64,000 bases of DNA from an uncultured Candidatus Micrarchaeota archaeon (lineage in GTDB: Archaea; Micrarchaeota; Micrarchaeia; Micrarchaeales; Micrarchaeaceae): contig CAVUGN010000001.1 of the NCBI GenBank assembly GCA_963741095.1, positions 1 through 64,000 of the forward strand, in the 5' to 3' direction. The translations under genes were made by a program, and so were the position numbers. The notes below the pieces were generated by a model. It had not been told where the DNA came from and ran no database searches. It saw only the letters and a program-made list of their open reading frames with translations. Position 1 is the stretch's first letter. The number at the start of each line of letters is the position of its first letter. Shown here one piece after another: positions 37,501 through 48,684 of this stretch.

Positions 37501-39536
37501 TTATGCCCCGCGTCGACTCTTTTTCTTGCCCTTGAGCATTGCGTAGGCGATGACCGCCACGATCACTATGACAACGATGGCCGCGATCAGGTAGGTCGTG
37601 CCGCTGCTGCCGTAAGTTGGCTGCGCTATTGTAGTTGGAGCCACGGTGACAGGCAATGTGGTTGTCGGGAGCACGGTCGTTGTCGTGGTCGTCGAGACAG
37701 TGTTATTCTCGAACAGCCCCACGACCGGATCCTTCGGCACCGTGAATGTCACTGTGCACGAGCCGCTGTTGACCGTGAAGGGAGTTATTGCTATCCACGT
37801 GCCGTTCTTCTGTATGTATGGCACGATGGAGCCGGCAGGCAGGCTGCACGGATAGGAGAGCGTCGCGTTCACGACTATCGTTCCCGTTGTTGACAGCGTT
37901 ATGTTGACCGCTATTAGCTTCGTGTAGCCCACTGGGGCAGGAGACGAGCTCGAGGTCACGTCTGATGTGCCGACCTCTACCGTCGCGCTGCCGCTTGATG
38001 TGGTTATCAGGATAGAAGCGGGTATGCCGGTTACGTTGATCTCCACCGGTGCGCCCGCGGACGCCGTGACATTGACCGTGCCGTTCACGGTCGGGAATAT
38101 TGGTATGACAGTCGTCGTTACCACGGTCGAGACGGTCGTGGTCGTCGAGGCGACAGTTGTTGTGGATGATGCTCCGCCGCCACCGCCTGTTGAGCCTCCG
38201 CCGCCAGTCGGTTGCTGCTGAACGTTAAGGGTCACGGTGAATGAATCGGAGGCGTAGTTGCCGTTGCCGGGATTGGTGAAGGTGAATGCATAGGTTCCGA
38301 CCTGCGTCTGCTCGCCGAACGAGTACAGCGAATTGGTCGTCGAGACTAGACCGCTGTTCTCGTAGACGTTCCACGGCGACTGGCCGTTTATCGTGCTCAC
38401 TCCGACGAACGATATGCCGGCTATGTCGTAATAGCCAGCGGTGTACGAGGCGGTTGTGCTCGTGGTCTGAGCGCTCTGTCCCGTGTCCGTGTAGGTAACC
38501 ACCCCGGAGGTCGTGTTCATGCTTACGACTATGGTGTTGGTTGCCTGCGGCAGGACAAACAGCGTGTTGGCGTCTGTTGCGACCACGTTGAATTGGTAGC
38601 TGCCGACTCCCGGAGTAGTAAGTATATAAGAGGATCCTGCACCGCCTACGGCCGCGCCGGTCACGACCGCGCCGTTGAGCGTCCACTGGAAGTTGAAGGT
38701 GCCGCTGCCGCCGGTGACGAGTGCGTTGACCGTAACAGTGTTCCCGTAGACCATCAAGTTGGTTACGGTGCCTATCGAGGCGGTTGAGGTCAGAGCGACA
38801 GTGGGCGCGGTGGTTTCAACGGTCACGGTGTTGCTTGCGCTGCAGACGACGTTCTTCGTCGTAGCAGAGTCGACGCTGTTGAAGCTGTAGGTGTTCGTGG
38901 CCAATGGGCTTACAAGCAATGTCGCGCCAGAGCCGATGTTCGTGCCTCCGCAGTTCGCAGCGTTGAACCAGTTGTAAGTGTAGGGCGACGAGCCTCCGGT
39001 GGGTGCGCCGGCAGTCAGAAGCGAGACCTGGCCGCTGTCGATGACCGTGTTGGATTCCGTCAGTAAGCCTGCCGTGAGCTGCGGGTTTATCAGCACGTTA
39101 CCGGTCATGGTTGCCGAATTTGATCCAGTCGAATCGACGATATACGCCTTGAATGTCCAGAGGCCGATTATCGTGTTTGTCCCTATCATGTTAGTAGTAT
39201 AGCTGACACCGTTGAATGTGAATATTATCGAGTTCTGTGCGATTGTCGTGGGCGCATTTACCGCAAGTATGGAGTTCCAAGCCGTTCCGACCAAGATGTT
39301 TGCCATTATCGTGTTGCTAAGTGTCACGGCATTGCTGCTCGGGGCGGTCCACACCCAGTTGCCGGTGTATTGCGGGACGCCGCCGCTGGCGATTGTATTC
39401 AGCGTGGTGGTCTGGCCGACATCGATTATCGTGTTGGCTATTGGAGCGACAGAAAAGGCTGCAGATGTACTCTGCATCAACACAGCCGCGAAAACATCAG
39501 CGCAAAAAGCAGTACCACTCCACTCTTATTGTTCAT
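37501..39536 (-). CDS. Thr-rich surface protein with Ig/PKD-like repeats and C-terminal TM anchor; apparent 1-nt frameshift in the signal peptide
   Basis: ATG 39536 (MNNKSGVVLLFALMF) is out of frame with the 660-aa ORF; one extra T near 39491-39494 joins them. GG..PY..NW-type repeats, a poly-Gly/Thr linker, and TM plus KGKKKSRR. Confidence 0.72.
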
Positions 39537-39773
39537 AGCAACACACTTGGACTTGTGCAGGCTTCTCTGATAAGATTTTTAAAGCTTTGTCAATAATGCC
39601 TTTTTAGATTTGTGGATATCTTTCGCTTTTCGGAGCGAAGCTGCGTAGCGAGTGGCCGTTGATTTTTTTGCCGCGATTTGCAGACCGCACGTGGGTCCGG
39701 TAGCGTATGTGTTTATAAATCTGAACAGATAAATCCTGCTTGCATTTGCTTTGTTGTATCTTGGGGGTATTGG

Positions 39774-42244
39774 ATGGCAGAAAACGCAGCAACAGACGGC
39801 ACTGAACGCGCTTCTTCGGGCATTTTCGGAGCATGGGTCGACAGCATCGACGACGTGATTCACAACAAATATTTCCTGATTGCGGCTTTCGCGGCCATAA
39901 TTCTTCTTGCAGTATTCCTAAGAATAGGCATGCTGCAGTACCAGGGCCTCTTCGAGCCGGACGGCTTCTACTATTATTCAGTAGTAATGCAGACCGTCAG
40001 CAACCACTTCATGGTGCCGGCGGTGGATGTCCTGCTCTCGGATTCCCAGTCCATATCATGAGAGGGGAGCAGCCGGGCCTGGAGTACCTGACGGTCCTGC
40101 CGGGTTTCGTGCTGCAGTACTTCGGCATCAGTTATCTTACGGTGATGAGGTTCATGCCGGTGCTCTTCGGCGTGCTTTACACAATTCTCGCATATTTCAT
40201 CGCGAAGCATATCTCCAACAGTCGGATGTTGGGGCTGCTCGCGATGTTCTTCGTCGCGGTCTCAGCGGCAACATAGCCAGGACGGCGGCACTGGTCTACA
40301 GGGGAGACAGCTTCATAGCCCTGTCGCTGATGGTCGCATTGCTGCTGATGCTGAGGTGCTTGACGGCAAAAAGAGCTGCAAGAAGAAGATTGTTTATTCT
40401 GATATTGTCGGCAGTCGCGCTGAGCACGGGCATCCTCGTATGGACGGGCTCTGCAGTGATAATAGCAGTGTACATGTTCGCCCTCCTTATGCTGATAGGC
40501 TACGGCTTCGTCGCAGCCAGGAAGGAGATGGTCGAGACGAACGTGATGCTCTCGCTGGGGCTTCTGCTCGCTTATCTCTTGGAGCACCTCTACGTCTATC
40601 TGTGGCACGTTTATCCGGTCTCGCTGTACAGCATCGAGTTCCTCCCGCTTTACATACCGGTGCTCGTCGCGGCTTTGGCTGCGATGTACCTCGTAGGGCA
40701 CAAGGAGAGGTTCCCTATGCTTGGCACGGCAAGGGGCAGGATCACGGTCGTCGCGGTGGTCGCAATCGTCGCCGCGCTGATAGGATTCTACCCGGTGACC
40801 TCGTACGTGTGGCACACGGTCGAAGGAACCTCATCGTCATTGAACGCGACCGCCAACCCGGTCGGAGCGACGACGCAGGAGCTGCAGGCGCCTAGCTACC
40901 AGTTCCTCTTCGCTAGCTTCAATTACCAATTGTTCTTCGCGCCCTTGGCAGTGCTGCTCTTCCTTCTGCTGGCGAGCAGGTACGACGGCAAGGGCAAGGA
41001 CCACTTCAGCTTGATGGGGATGGATCTCAGCATAAACAGCGGTTTCCTCGTAGCCTTCGCGTACTTCTTCGTCACCAGCTTCATGCAGGCACTTGCAATA
41101 AGATACAATGCGATAGTCTCGATACCCATCGCGCTCCTGGCCGCCTATTTCGTCTACGTGCTGTACATGGCGGTGAAGGACTGGTCCATCAGCAACAGGA
41201 CAGTCATGCTCCCGCTTGTCGCGGTCATAGACATCGCGCTGCTTTATGAGTTGTACACGAACATCTGGCCCTCTGCAGTCGCGGCGAACATACTGCTTCT
41301 TGCCTTCGGGGGCATAATCAACGTGATCATCATAGCGCTGGTAATAGCGTACAGCATCTACGCGGTTATGATGGGGAACCTGAAGATGCGATACGTCTAT
41401 GTCGGGGTGATTGCAGTGATACTGGTGTTCAACCTTTACAACACTTACATCGCTTCGATAACCGCGAGCCAGGCGGACGGGATAAATCCGCAGTTCCTGG
41501 ATGCGATGACATGGATGAAGGGCAACACACCCTCGAACTCGACTGTCGTTGCGGTGTGGCCGGACGGATCGGTCGTCGAAGCTTGGGGCAACAGGACCAG
41601 CCTTCATTGACAGCGTCGGAGGAGAAAAAGGACCGCCGATACTCGGGTTCACGAAATTCTTGTTCAACACGACGTCGGACACGCAATATCTTTATTCAAT
41701 AGGGAAGCCCAACTATCTTGTCGCAAGGAGCTTCTGGTACCAGGAGCTTGGAGGGCTTGCGATTGAGGGAGAGGTGACCAATGCCTCGCAGTTCGGCTTC
41801 GTGGCGCTCAGCACGCAGCAGGTGACGCACAACGACACCGCGCAGTTCTACTCGTTCGGATCTGGACCTCGTACAGGGCGATGTTGGTGATGAAACCCCA
41901 GCAGAACGGCACGGCAGCGCGGTCAACGGCTTCATAGGCGCCATTCGTAAGCAGCAACTACGCGCAGGTGAAGGACGTGATGTTCTACAACCAGGTCAAC
42001 TACACCTACAGCGGTAATAAGGTCCAACTCGACCAACACGCTGAACTACACGCTGCTGATGATGTACACCAACAGAACGATAGACGGAGCCGTGATACTG
42101 GGATTGGATCTGCCTTCGAGCAACCTCTTCAGGTTCAGCTTCCTCTGCAACTACCAGGAGTGCCCGTACGGCGACGGGAACGTGACGATGACCCCAGTCT
42201 ACATAAACGGGGACACGCGCATACTGAAGATAAACTACAAGTGA
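39774..42244 (+). pseudogene. aglB: Oligosaccharyltransferase AglB/STT3, broken by about 7 small indels (probably assembly errors)
   Basis: Successive frames give FEPDGFYY, EQPGL, VYRGDSF, TTQELQAP, DAMTWMK.NT, VVAVWPDG (at the WWDxG position) and GNRTS. Frame breaks near 40040, 40264, 41601, 41870, 41920, 41945 and 42013. Confidence 0.8.
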
Positions 42245-42262
42245 TGCGCAACAGCGAAGCGG

Positions 42263-43345
42263 TCACTTGAACTTCTTCTTTGCCTCTGACATAATCGCCT
42301 GGTAGCCCTTGTTGTATTCGAGTTCTTCGGGTATCAGCGTTGCCGGATGCACGAAGCCCTGCTCGCGCATGTACTCGGCCTTGATGACCGCCTTGTTCCT
42401 GAAGTAGTCCCAATCGGGGGTGTCGAAGGCGTCGACATGAGCGGTGAACTTGCCCTCGTGCATGCTGAAAAGCGTGCAGCTGACTATGGGAATGCAGAAG
42501 TTGCTGCTTGCTGCAGTTCCCGCCTTGACCGGCATGAGCGGCATGTGGTGGCTGCCGCGGGTATCGCCTGCGACATAGTGCGCCGTCTTGAATACCGAGC
42601 ATGTCTCTTCCGTAGCGGGGAATTCCTTCTGCAGCCTTACTATCGCCGCGGGATCGTCCTTCCCGATGTATGTGCCGGCTATGTTGTGCAGCCTGTCGGT
42701 CGTCGCAGCTATGATCGGATCGGTGGAGTTGCGCACGGAATCTATGACGTACCTGCCCGGATACATCAGCACCGCGGCTATGATGAAATTGTCCTGGGGT
42801 ATGCTGAACTCTGCTTTTTTGTCTTCCATGACGTCCATCACAGTCATCTTCACGCCGTTCGACAGCTTCGGATTCACTATGAGGCCGGTGTTGGCTGAAG
42901 GCTCGCAGAATAGCCTATAGAAAGGGAAGTTGAACGCGCCCGGCTCTGTCTTGTCCATCGTGAAGAGCGCGAAGGCCTCGTTCGGCCGCTCCTCGAACTC
43001 CATCTCAGCCACTCCAGGGCCCATGCCCTTGACGTTGCCGGAGAATGAGTCCTTCAGGAGATCCTGGCCTGCGCCGTAGAGGCCCTGCGACTTCGCGATG
43101 TCAGCGCCTGACTTCAGGGCGTCCCACGCGAGTTTGTGTATCTCCGCGTTGCCCGTGCCTCTTCTATGCGACATGAGTATGTGTATGTCGTCCCCGGTGT
43201 AGCCGAAATAGGCGTCTATCACTTCGAGCTTCTTCATGCCTTTGAGGACAAATGACCTTACGCCCTCGAAGAGCTCCTGGCTTGGTTTGGTGTGGCCTCC
43301 GACAGAGCCCACGTCAGCCTTTATCGCAGTTATCGTTATCTTCAT
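42263..43345 (-). CDS. fbp: Bifunctional fructose-1,6-bisphosphate aldolase/phosphatase (class V)
   Basis: KADVGSVGGH, GDDIHILMSH, LYGAGQDLLKDSFSGNVKGMGPG, DKTEPGAFN and AGTYIGKDDP (Schiff-base Lys present). Confidence 0.93.
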   Translation of the reverse strand: MKITITAIKADVGSVGGHTKPSQELFEGVRSFVLKGMKKLEVIDAYFGYTGDDIHILMSHRRGTGNAEIHKLAWDALKSGADIAKSQGLYGAGQDLLKDSFSGNVKGMGPGVAEMEFEERPNEAFALFTMDKTEPGAFNFPFYRLFCEPSANTGLIVNPKLSNGVKMTVMDVMEDKKAEFSIPQDNFIIAAVLMYPGRYVIDSVRNSTDPIIAATTDRLHNIAGTYIGKDDPAAIVRLQKEFPATEETCSVFKTAHYVAGDTRGSHHMPLMPVKAGTAASSNFCIPIVSCTLFSMHEGKFTAHVDAFDTPDWDYFRNKAVIKAEYMREQGFVHPATLIPEELEYNKGYQAIMSEAKKKFK

Positions 43346-43430
43346 TGACACACCTGAATAGAGGGTACTAATGCTATCTTAGTAGCAAATGATTAAATAT
43401 CTTGGATATGAATAAAACTGGGGGCGTAGA

Positions 43431-45077
43431 ATGACGAAGATATTTCTTGACACTGCCTCGCTGAAGGAAGTCGAGGAGGTCAACAGCTGGGGCATCATAG
43501 ACGGAGTCACTACGAACCAGAAGCTGTTTCTGCAGGAGGGCGGCATGGATTTCAAGAAGAGGGTCATAGACATCTGCAACATCGTCAACGGCCCGGTCAG
43601 CGTCGAGACGACAACCCACGGTGTCGAGGAGATGGTGGCGGAGGCGAAGGAGTACGCGAGCTGGAACAAGAACGTGGTGATAAAGGTCGCGATGTCCGCA
43701 GACGGCAACGGACTTAAGGTCGTCAAGAGGCTTACTGCACTGGGCATAAAGACCAACATGACGGTGATAATGACATTCAACCAGCTTGTCCTGGCAACGA
43801 AGGCAGGGGCGACTTACGTCTCGTTGTTCTACAACAGGGCGAAGGACGCTGGAGAAGACCCGGTCAGGATAATAAAGGACTACGCCGCATTCGTGAAGGA
43901 GAACGGCATCGGCACGCAGCTGATAGTCGGGAGCATAAGGAAGCCAGAGGACGTCAGCCAGTCGATCGCGGCGGGCGCGCACATCCTCACTATACCCACG
44001 AAGATACTCACGCAGATGCCCTTCCATCAGAGGACGGAAGAGACGATAAAGGAGTTCGACGATGCGTGGCAGGGTTTCATACAGGCGAACCCGCACGCGG
44101 TTTCAAGGACTCCGTTCAGGATATCCTTGGGCGGCGGCGGCACGGATCTCCCATCATATTACAAGGAGTACGAAGGCTTCTTCATCTCCGCTGCGATAAA
44201 CAAGTACATCTACGTGACGATACACAAGCGCTTCATGCCCGGATTGAAGTTCAGCTACTCGAAGACTGAGAATGTCATGAGCGCGGAAGAGCTGGAGCAT
44301 CCAGTCGTCAGGGAGGTCTTGAGGAAGTTCGGCATCAAGGAGGGCATCGAGATTGTTTCCTTGGCAGACATCCCGGCAGAGGCCGGGTTGGGGTCCTCTG
44401 GGAGCTTCTCGGTGGGCCTGTTGAAGGCGCTTTACGCTTACCAGAACGTGCAGAAGAGCCCCGCGGAGATAGCGGAGGAAGCATGCGACATAGCGATGAA
44501 CAGGCTCCACGAGCCGTCGGGCAAGCAGGACGAATACGCAGCGAGCTTCGGAGGCATAAACGCTTACAGCATTGACAGAGAGGGCAAGGTCACTGTCGAG
44601 GAGCTGAACCTTGACGACAACACCGTTGCTGAGCTCGAGAAGAACATAATGATGTTCTACACTGGGATAACCAGGAAATCGAGCGCCGTGCTCTCGAAGC
44701 AGCAGGAGAGGATATCAGATCCGAACACCGATGCTATGGAGAAGATGCACGCGATAAAGCGCATAGGATTGGAGAGCAAGAAGGCTCTTCAGTCAGGAAA
44801 CCTGAGAAGGTTCGGAGAGCTGCTGCACGAGCACTGGATGGTCAAGCGCGGAGTCACGGACAACATGAGCTCTGACGACATAGACCGCTGGTACGCCATC
44901 GCCAGGGAGAACGGAGCGATAGGCGGAAAAATAATCGGCGCTGGCGGCGGAGGCTTCCTGATGGTCTACTGCGAGGGCGACAAGCAGCGCATCGGAGAGG
45001 CCTTGGGAAAAGAGGGACTGACGCAGTTCGATTTCAAGTTCGATTTTGAGGGAAGCAAGACGGTCTACAACGTGTAG
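43431..45077 (+). CDS. Fusion: TalC-type transaldolase plus HddA-like heptose-7-phosphate GHMP kinase
   Basis: aa 1-220: FLDTA, DGVTTN, VSVE, VVIK, YVSLF, GSIRK. aa 224-548: SRTPFRISLGGGGTD, GLGSSGSF, GKQDEY, GGKIIGAGGGG. Confidence 0.85.
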   Translation: MTKIFLDTASLKEVEEVNSWGIIDGVTTNQKLFLQEGGMDFKKRVIDICNIVNGPVSVETTTHGVEEMVAEAKEYASWNKNVVIKVAMSADGNGLKVVKRLTALGIKTNMTVIMTFNQLVLATKAGATYVSLFYNRAKDAGEDPVRIIKDYAAFVKENGIGTQLIVGSIRKPEDVSQSIAAGAHILTIPTKILTQMPFHQRTEETIKEFDDAWQGFIQANPHAVSRTPFRISLGGGGTDLPSYYKEYEGFFISAAINKYIYVTIHKRFMPGLKFSYSKTENVMSAEELEHPVVREVLRKFGIKEGIEIVSLADIPAEAGLGSSGSFSVGLLKALYAYQNVQKSPAEIAEEACDIAMNRLHEPSGKQDEYAASFGGINAYSIDREGKVTVEELNLDDNTVAELEKNIMMFYTGITRKSSAVLSKQQERISDPNTDAMEKMHAIKRIGLESKKALQSGNLRRFGELLHEHWMVKRGVTDNMSSDDIDRWYAIARENGAIGGKIIGAGGGGFLMVYCEGDKQRIGEALGKEGLTQFDFKFDFEGSKTVYNV

Positions 45078-45102
45078 AGCGAACAGCATATGAGGTGAAA
45101 AA

Positions 45103-45702
45103 ATGATAGATGGAAAACACACACGTTCTTACCTCGCCGAGGTGAGCGAGATTGCGAAGAGGATAGACACCGATAGCGTGGACAGGTCCATACAGATACT
45201 CTACGAGGCTTGGAAGGACGACAAGCAGATATTCATCATAGGCAACGGCGGGTCGGCTTCTACGGCTACGCACTTCGCCAGCGACCTTAACAAATGGGTT
45301 TCTGAAAAGGCGGAGAGGAGGTTCAGGGCCCATGCGCTTGTCGACAACATACCGCTGGTCAGTGCGCTCACCAACGACAACGGCTGGAGCGAGGTGTACA
45401 GCGACCAGCTGCGCAATTTCTTCAGGAAGGGGGATGTTTTGATCGCTATCAGCGTGCACGGCGGATCCGGCAGCGACAAGGCCGGCCTTTGGTCGCAAAA
45501 CCTATTGAAAGCGGTAAAGTACGCGAAGGACAACGGCGGCAAGGTCGTCGGCCTTGCAGGTTTTGACGGAGGAGTACTGCGTACAGCAGCAGATGTGTGC
45601 ATAGTGGTCCCGGCGAATTCCACGCCACAGGTCGAGGGCATGCACCCGGTACTCGCACATCTGATGGGAGAGCAATTGCACGACATGATATCGAAGCAAT
45701 AG
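45103..45702 (+). CDS. gmhA: Phosphoheptose isomerase-like SIS protein (copy 1)
   Basis: IGNGGSASTATHFASD, ALTND, ISVHG, GFDGG and QVEGMH. Confidence 0.85.
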   Translation: MIDGKHTRSYLAEVSEIAKRIDTDSVDRSIQILYEAWKDDKQIFIIGNGGSASTATHFASDLNKWVSEKAERRFRAHALVDNIPLVSALTNDNGWSEVYSDQLRNFFRKGDVLIAISVHGGSGSDKAGLWSQNLLKAVKYAKDNGGKVVGLAGFDGGVLRTAADVCIVVPANSTPQVEGMHPVLAHLMGEQLHDMISKQ

Positions 45703-45708
45703 AAGGAT

Positions 45709-46398
45709 ATGATGGCTTCAGGAAAAGAGATGCTTGCCAAGGATACTGATTCTGCTGAGGTAAATGACGGAAAGGGTAGAGACAGAATAGCACTGGTGCT
45801 GCTCGACCGCGACGGTGTGCTAAACGACGTGGATGCAGAAGGGGTGCAGAAACTGTCGATGTTCAGATTGGTGCCTGGAGTTGTAAGCTCTCTGAAAAGG
45901 TTGAGCGGTGATAACTTCAGGGTCGGCATCGTGACCAACCAACCAGGCGTCGCTGAAGGAAAGCTGTCGGTAACGGATCTTGACGCAATGAATTGTATCC
46001 TAAAGGAGAAGGCAACAGAAGCAGGCATAATACCGGATAATTTCGTCATAGAGGTGTGCATGCACGGCAAGGATTCCGACTGCGACTGCAGGAAGCCTAA
46101 ACCGGGACTTGTGAAGAAGGTTGTGGAGAATTTCAAGTTGAACGTAAGGAATGTCGATTTCTATCTTGTCGGAGACATGATAAGGGAAGTGCAGACCCTG
46201 GACAATTATTACAATACGGTACTCAAGTCTATGGGGATAGGTCCGAAAGCCAAGACCACAATACTGCTCAACTGGGAGCATGGCAGGGACAAGGGCCACA
46301 TAAGCGATGAATTGAGGAAGCTCGTGACCCCGGACTACGAGGTGCACAGCCTTGACGAAGCTCTGAAGTTGATACAAAACAGAGAAAATGGCTTGTGA
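45709..46398 (+). CDS. gmhB: Heptose-1,7-bisphosphate phosphatase-like HAD enzyme
   Basis: LDRDGVLN, VTNQPG, CMH....CDCRKPKPG and VGD. Confidence 0.85.
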   Translation: MMASGKEMLAKDTDSAEVNDGKGRDRIALVLLDRDGVLNDVDAEGVQKLSMFRLVPGVVSSLKRLSGDNFRVGIVTNQPGVAEGKLSVTDLDAMNCILKEKATEAGIIPDNFVIEVCMHGKDSDCDCRKPKPGLVKKVVENFKLNVRNVDFYLVGDMIREVQTLDNYYNTVLKSMGIGPKAKTTILLNWEHGRDKGHISDELRKLVTPDYEVHSLDEALKLIQNRENGL

Positions 46399-46520
46399 GT
46401 ATCCACACAACATTTATATATGTGCTACGGGCATAGACTTCTGGTGATCTTATCTACAAATACGGCGACATCGATGATGCAAAAGGATACATCGAAGGCA
46501 GCATAAAGGTACTTAAAAAG

Positions 46521-47061
46521 ATGAAGGAGCAGGATGGAATCATCGAAGAGATTGCGAGCATGCTGGCCGCGACCAGGGACAGAGGCGGCACGATATACCT
46601 GATAGGCAACGGAGGCAGCGCATCCACTGCAGGGCACATGGCTGGCGATCTGACGAAGACGGTGAGCAGGTCGGACAAACGCGGCTTCAAAGCGGTCTCT
46701 TTGACCGATAACGTACCGACCATGATGGCATGGGCGAATGACCTGTCTTATGATGCCATATTCGAGGAGCAGTTGAAGAGCTTCATGACGGAGAACGATG
46801 CGCTGATAGCGATAAGCGGCAGCGGCAACTCGAAGAACATATTAAGGGCGGTGAAATACGCGAACAGCATCGGCGCCAGCACGATAGGCCTCACCGGCAT
46901 GGACGGCGGCGAGCTCGCGAAGATAGCAAAGATATCGTTCATAGTGCCGGACAATTCGATGTACAGGATAGAGGACCTTGCACCTGATGCTCGCGCACGT
47001 TATAGCGTTCAGGAGCGCAAACGCCTCGACAAGCCAGCACTCCGCGGTTTATGCGCCTTGA
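46521..47061 (+). CDS. gmhA: Phosphoheptose isomerase-like SIS protein (copy 2); +1 indel near 46978
   Basis: IGNGGSASTAGH, AWAND, ISGSGNS and GMDGG. Removing one base in GAGGACCTTGCACCTG restores EDLHLMLAH and a stop near 47061. Confidence 0.78.
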
Positions 47062-47075
47062 CAGGGTTTTGCAGC

Positions 47076-47800
47076 ATGAAGAACGAGGTACCGAAGATTG
47101 CGCTGATACTCGCCGGCGGCAGAGGGGTCCGGCTGAGGCCGTTGACTTACAGGATACCTAAGCCTCTCGTGCCGATAAACGGGAAACCCATAATAGAGCG
47201 CATAGTGGACGAGCTCATCAGGAACGGCATAAAGGACATCGTGATATCGATAGGGTACAAGGCAGGCATGATAATCAAGTATCTCGACAACGCGGGGCTC
47301 GACGCGAGGATAAGCTACGTGGTCGAGAAGGAGTCGCTGGGCACCGGCGGAGGATTGAAGCTATCGCTCAAGAGGATACGAAGCAGGTACAACGGCGACA
47401 TATTCCTTGTGTATGGAGACGCGGTGTTCAAGTTCGACATAAAGAAGATGTACTGCTTCCACAAGGAGAAGGATGCATTGATAACCATGGCGCTCAAGAG
47501 GAAGAAGGAGGTGATCGGCAGAGGCGTTGCCTTCCTCAAGGGCACAAGGGTTACGAAATTCATAGAGAAGCCAGTGCATGATTCTGCGCCGGAGGAGATG
47601 AGCGACCTCACAAACGCCGGAAAGTACATATTGAACACGAAGGTATTCAACCTGCTGCCGGACAGGAAGCGGTTCTCTTTCGAGCAGGATTTCCTGCAGA
47701 ACTCTGCACAGGACATCAACCTGCAGGGCTACTCACGAGGGCGAAGTCCTTCTCTATAGACACCCCGGAAAAGCTGGAAAAGGCAAGGAAGAACTGGTAG
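47076..47800 (+). CDS. hddC: Sugar-phosphate nucleotidyltransferase (HddC-like); indel near the 3' end
   Basis: ILAGGRGVRLRPLT..PKPL, LGTGG, YGD, FIEKP and NAGKY. The expected IDTPEKLEKA tail lies in another frame ending at TAG 47800. Confidence 0.72.
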
Positions 47801-47859
47801 AATCGGATGTGGATTCGCGCTTATAAAAGCATAAAAGGTTTGGCGTGCAAATAAGGATT

Positions 47860-48564
47860 ATGTTCAGCGGATTATACAATCGGATCGCCAGATCGGGGAT
47901 AACGAAACATCCAGTGGTTAGAAGCGCAAGGAGGTTCGTTTCCAACCGCTTGATAAGGCAGCCGATACTCGTGAACAAGTCGTTCTACATGTTCATCGAG
48001 GAGCACCAGCCGCTCAACATATTGATAAACAAGACTTACGAACCCGTGGAGACTGCAAGCGTGAATCGCGTCCTGAAGGAACGCATGGTGGGATTGAACA
48101 TTGGAGCCAACATGGGGTACTATTCCCTGCTGATGGCCCAGAAGTGCAGCAAGGTCTACGCCGTGGAGCCGAGCCTTCAGTTCTACAAGATCCTTGAGAA
48201 GAACATAGAGGCGAACAAGCTGAAGGGAAAGATAATACCGTACAACTTCGCCCTTGGGAAGGCTTCGGGGAACATAAAATTCAAGGCGCCCGTCGGGGAT
48301 GACATAATGGAGACGACGTCGGTCAAGCGGGTTAAGCTGGACGAGCTTTTCAAAGGGAAGCCGCAGCCGGACATAATAGTCATGGATGTCGACGGAGCAG
48401 AGGCGGATGTCCTGGCAGGCGGAAGGAAGACATTCGCAAACGCGAAGCACGTGTTCTTTGAGAACAACCTGGGCCCGAAGTTCCTGCAACAGTTCAGGGA
48501 CATGGGATTCGAAGTGCAGCCGATAGACTCGATGAATTTCTACGCGAGAAAGGGCCGCAAGTGA
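47860..48564 (+). CDS. FkbM-family methyltransferase
   Basis: YEP, LNIGANMGYY, AVEP, MDVDGAE and NFYARK. Confidence 0.82.
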   Translation: MFSGLYNRIARSGITKHPVVRSARRFVSNRLIRQPILVNKSFYMFIEEHQPLNILINKTYEPVETASVNRVLKERMVGLNIGANMGYYSLLMAQKCSKVYAVEPSLQFYKILEKNIEANKLKGKIIPYNFALGKASGNIKFKAPVGDDIMETTSVKRVKLDELFKGKPQPDIIVMDVDGAEADVLAGGRKTFANAKHVFFENNLGPKFLQQFRDMGFEVQPIDSMNFYARKGRK

Positions 48565-48684
48565 TTGTGATTCCTTGTCATTGGGCAAGGTATATATATT
48601 TCTTTGAGAAAATGATGATGCGGGAGGAAGGGCAGGTGGACGCATCCGCGTTCATGAGATTGATTTTGGAAATTGGGTTATAGA

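Noticed and set aside
39620-39700. Short hairpins (TTCGCT-TTTCGG-AGCGAA and others) in the divergent gap, and a hairpin at about 57185-57236
   Set aside because: Short stems with no second copy found in the window; not enough to call an ncRNA or MITE.
46521-47759. Apparent GmhA-nucleotidyltransferase fusion (412-aa ORF)
   Set aside because: One extra base near 46978 shifts the conserved EDLHLMLAH motif out of frame. The second domain has its own ATG at 47076 and the linker is not protein-like, so these are probably two genes joined by an indel.
39484-47800. Programmed frameshifting or regional pseudogenisation
   Set aside because: The indels go in both directions, lack a common slippery motif and cluster regionally across unrelated genes, which fits low-coverage consensus error better. 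This cannot be settled without reads.
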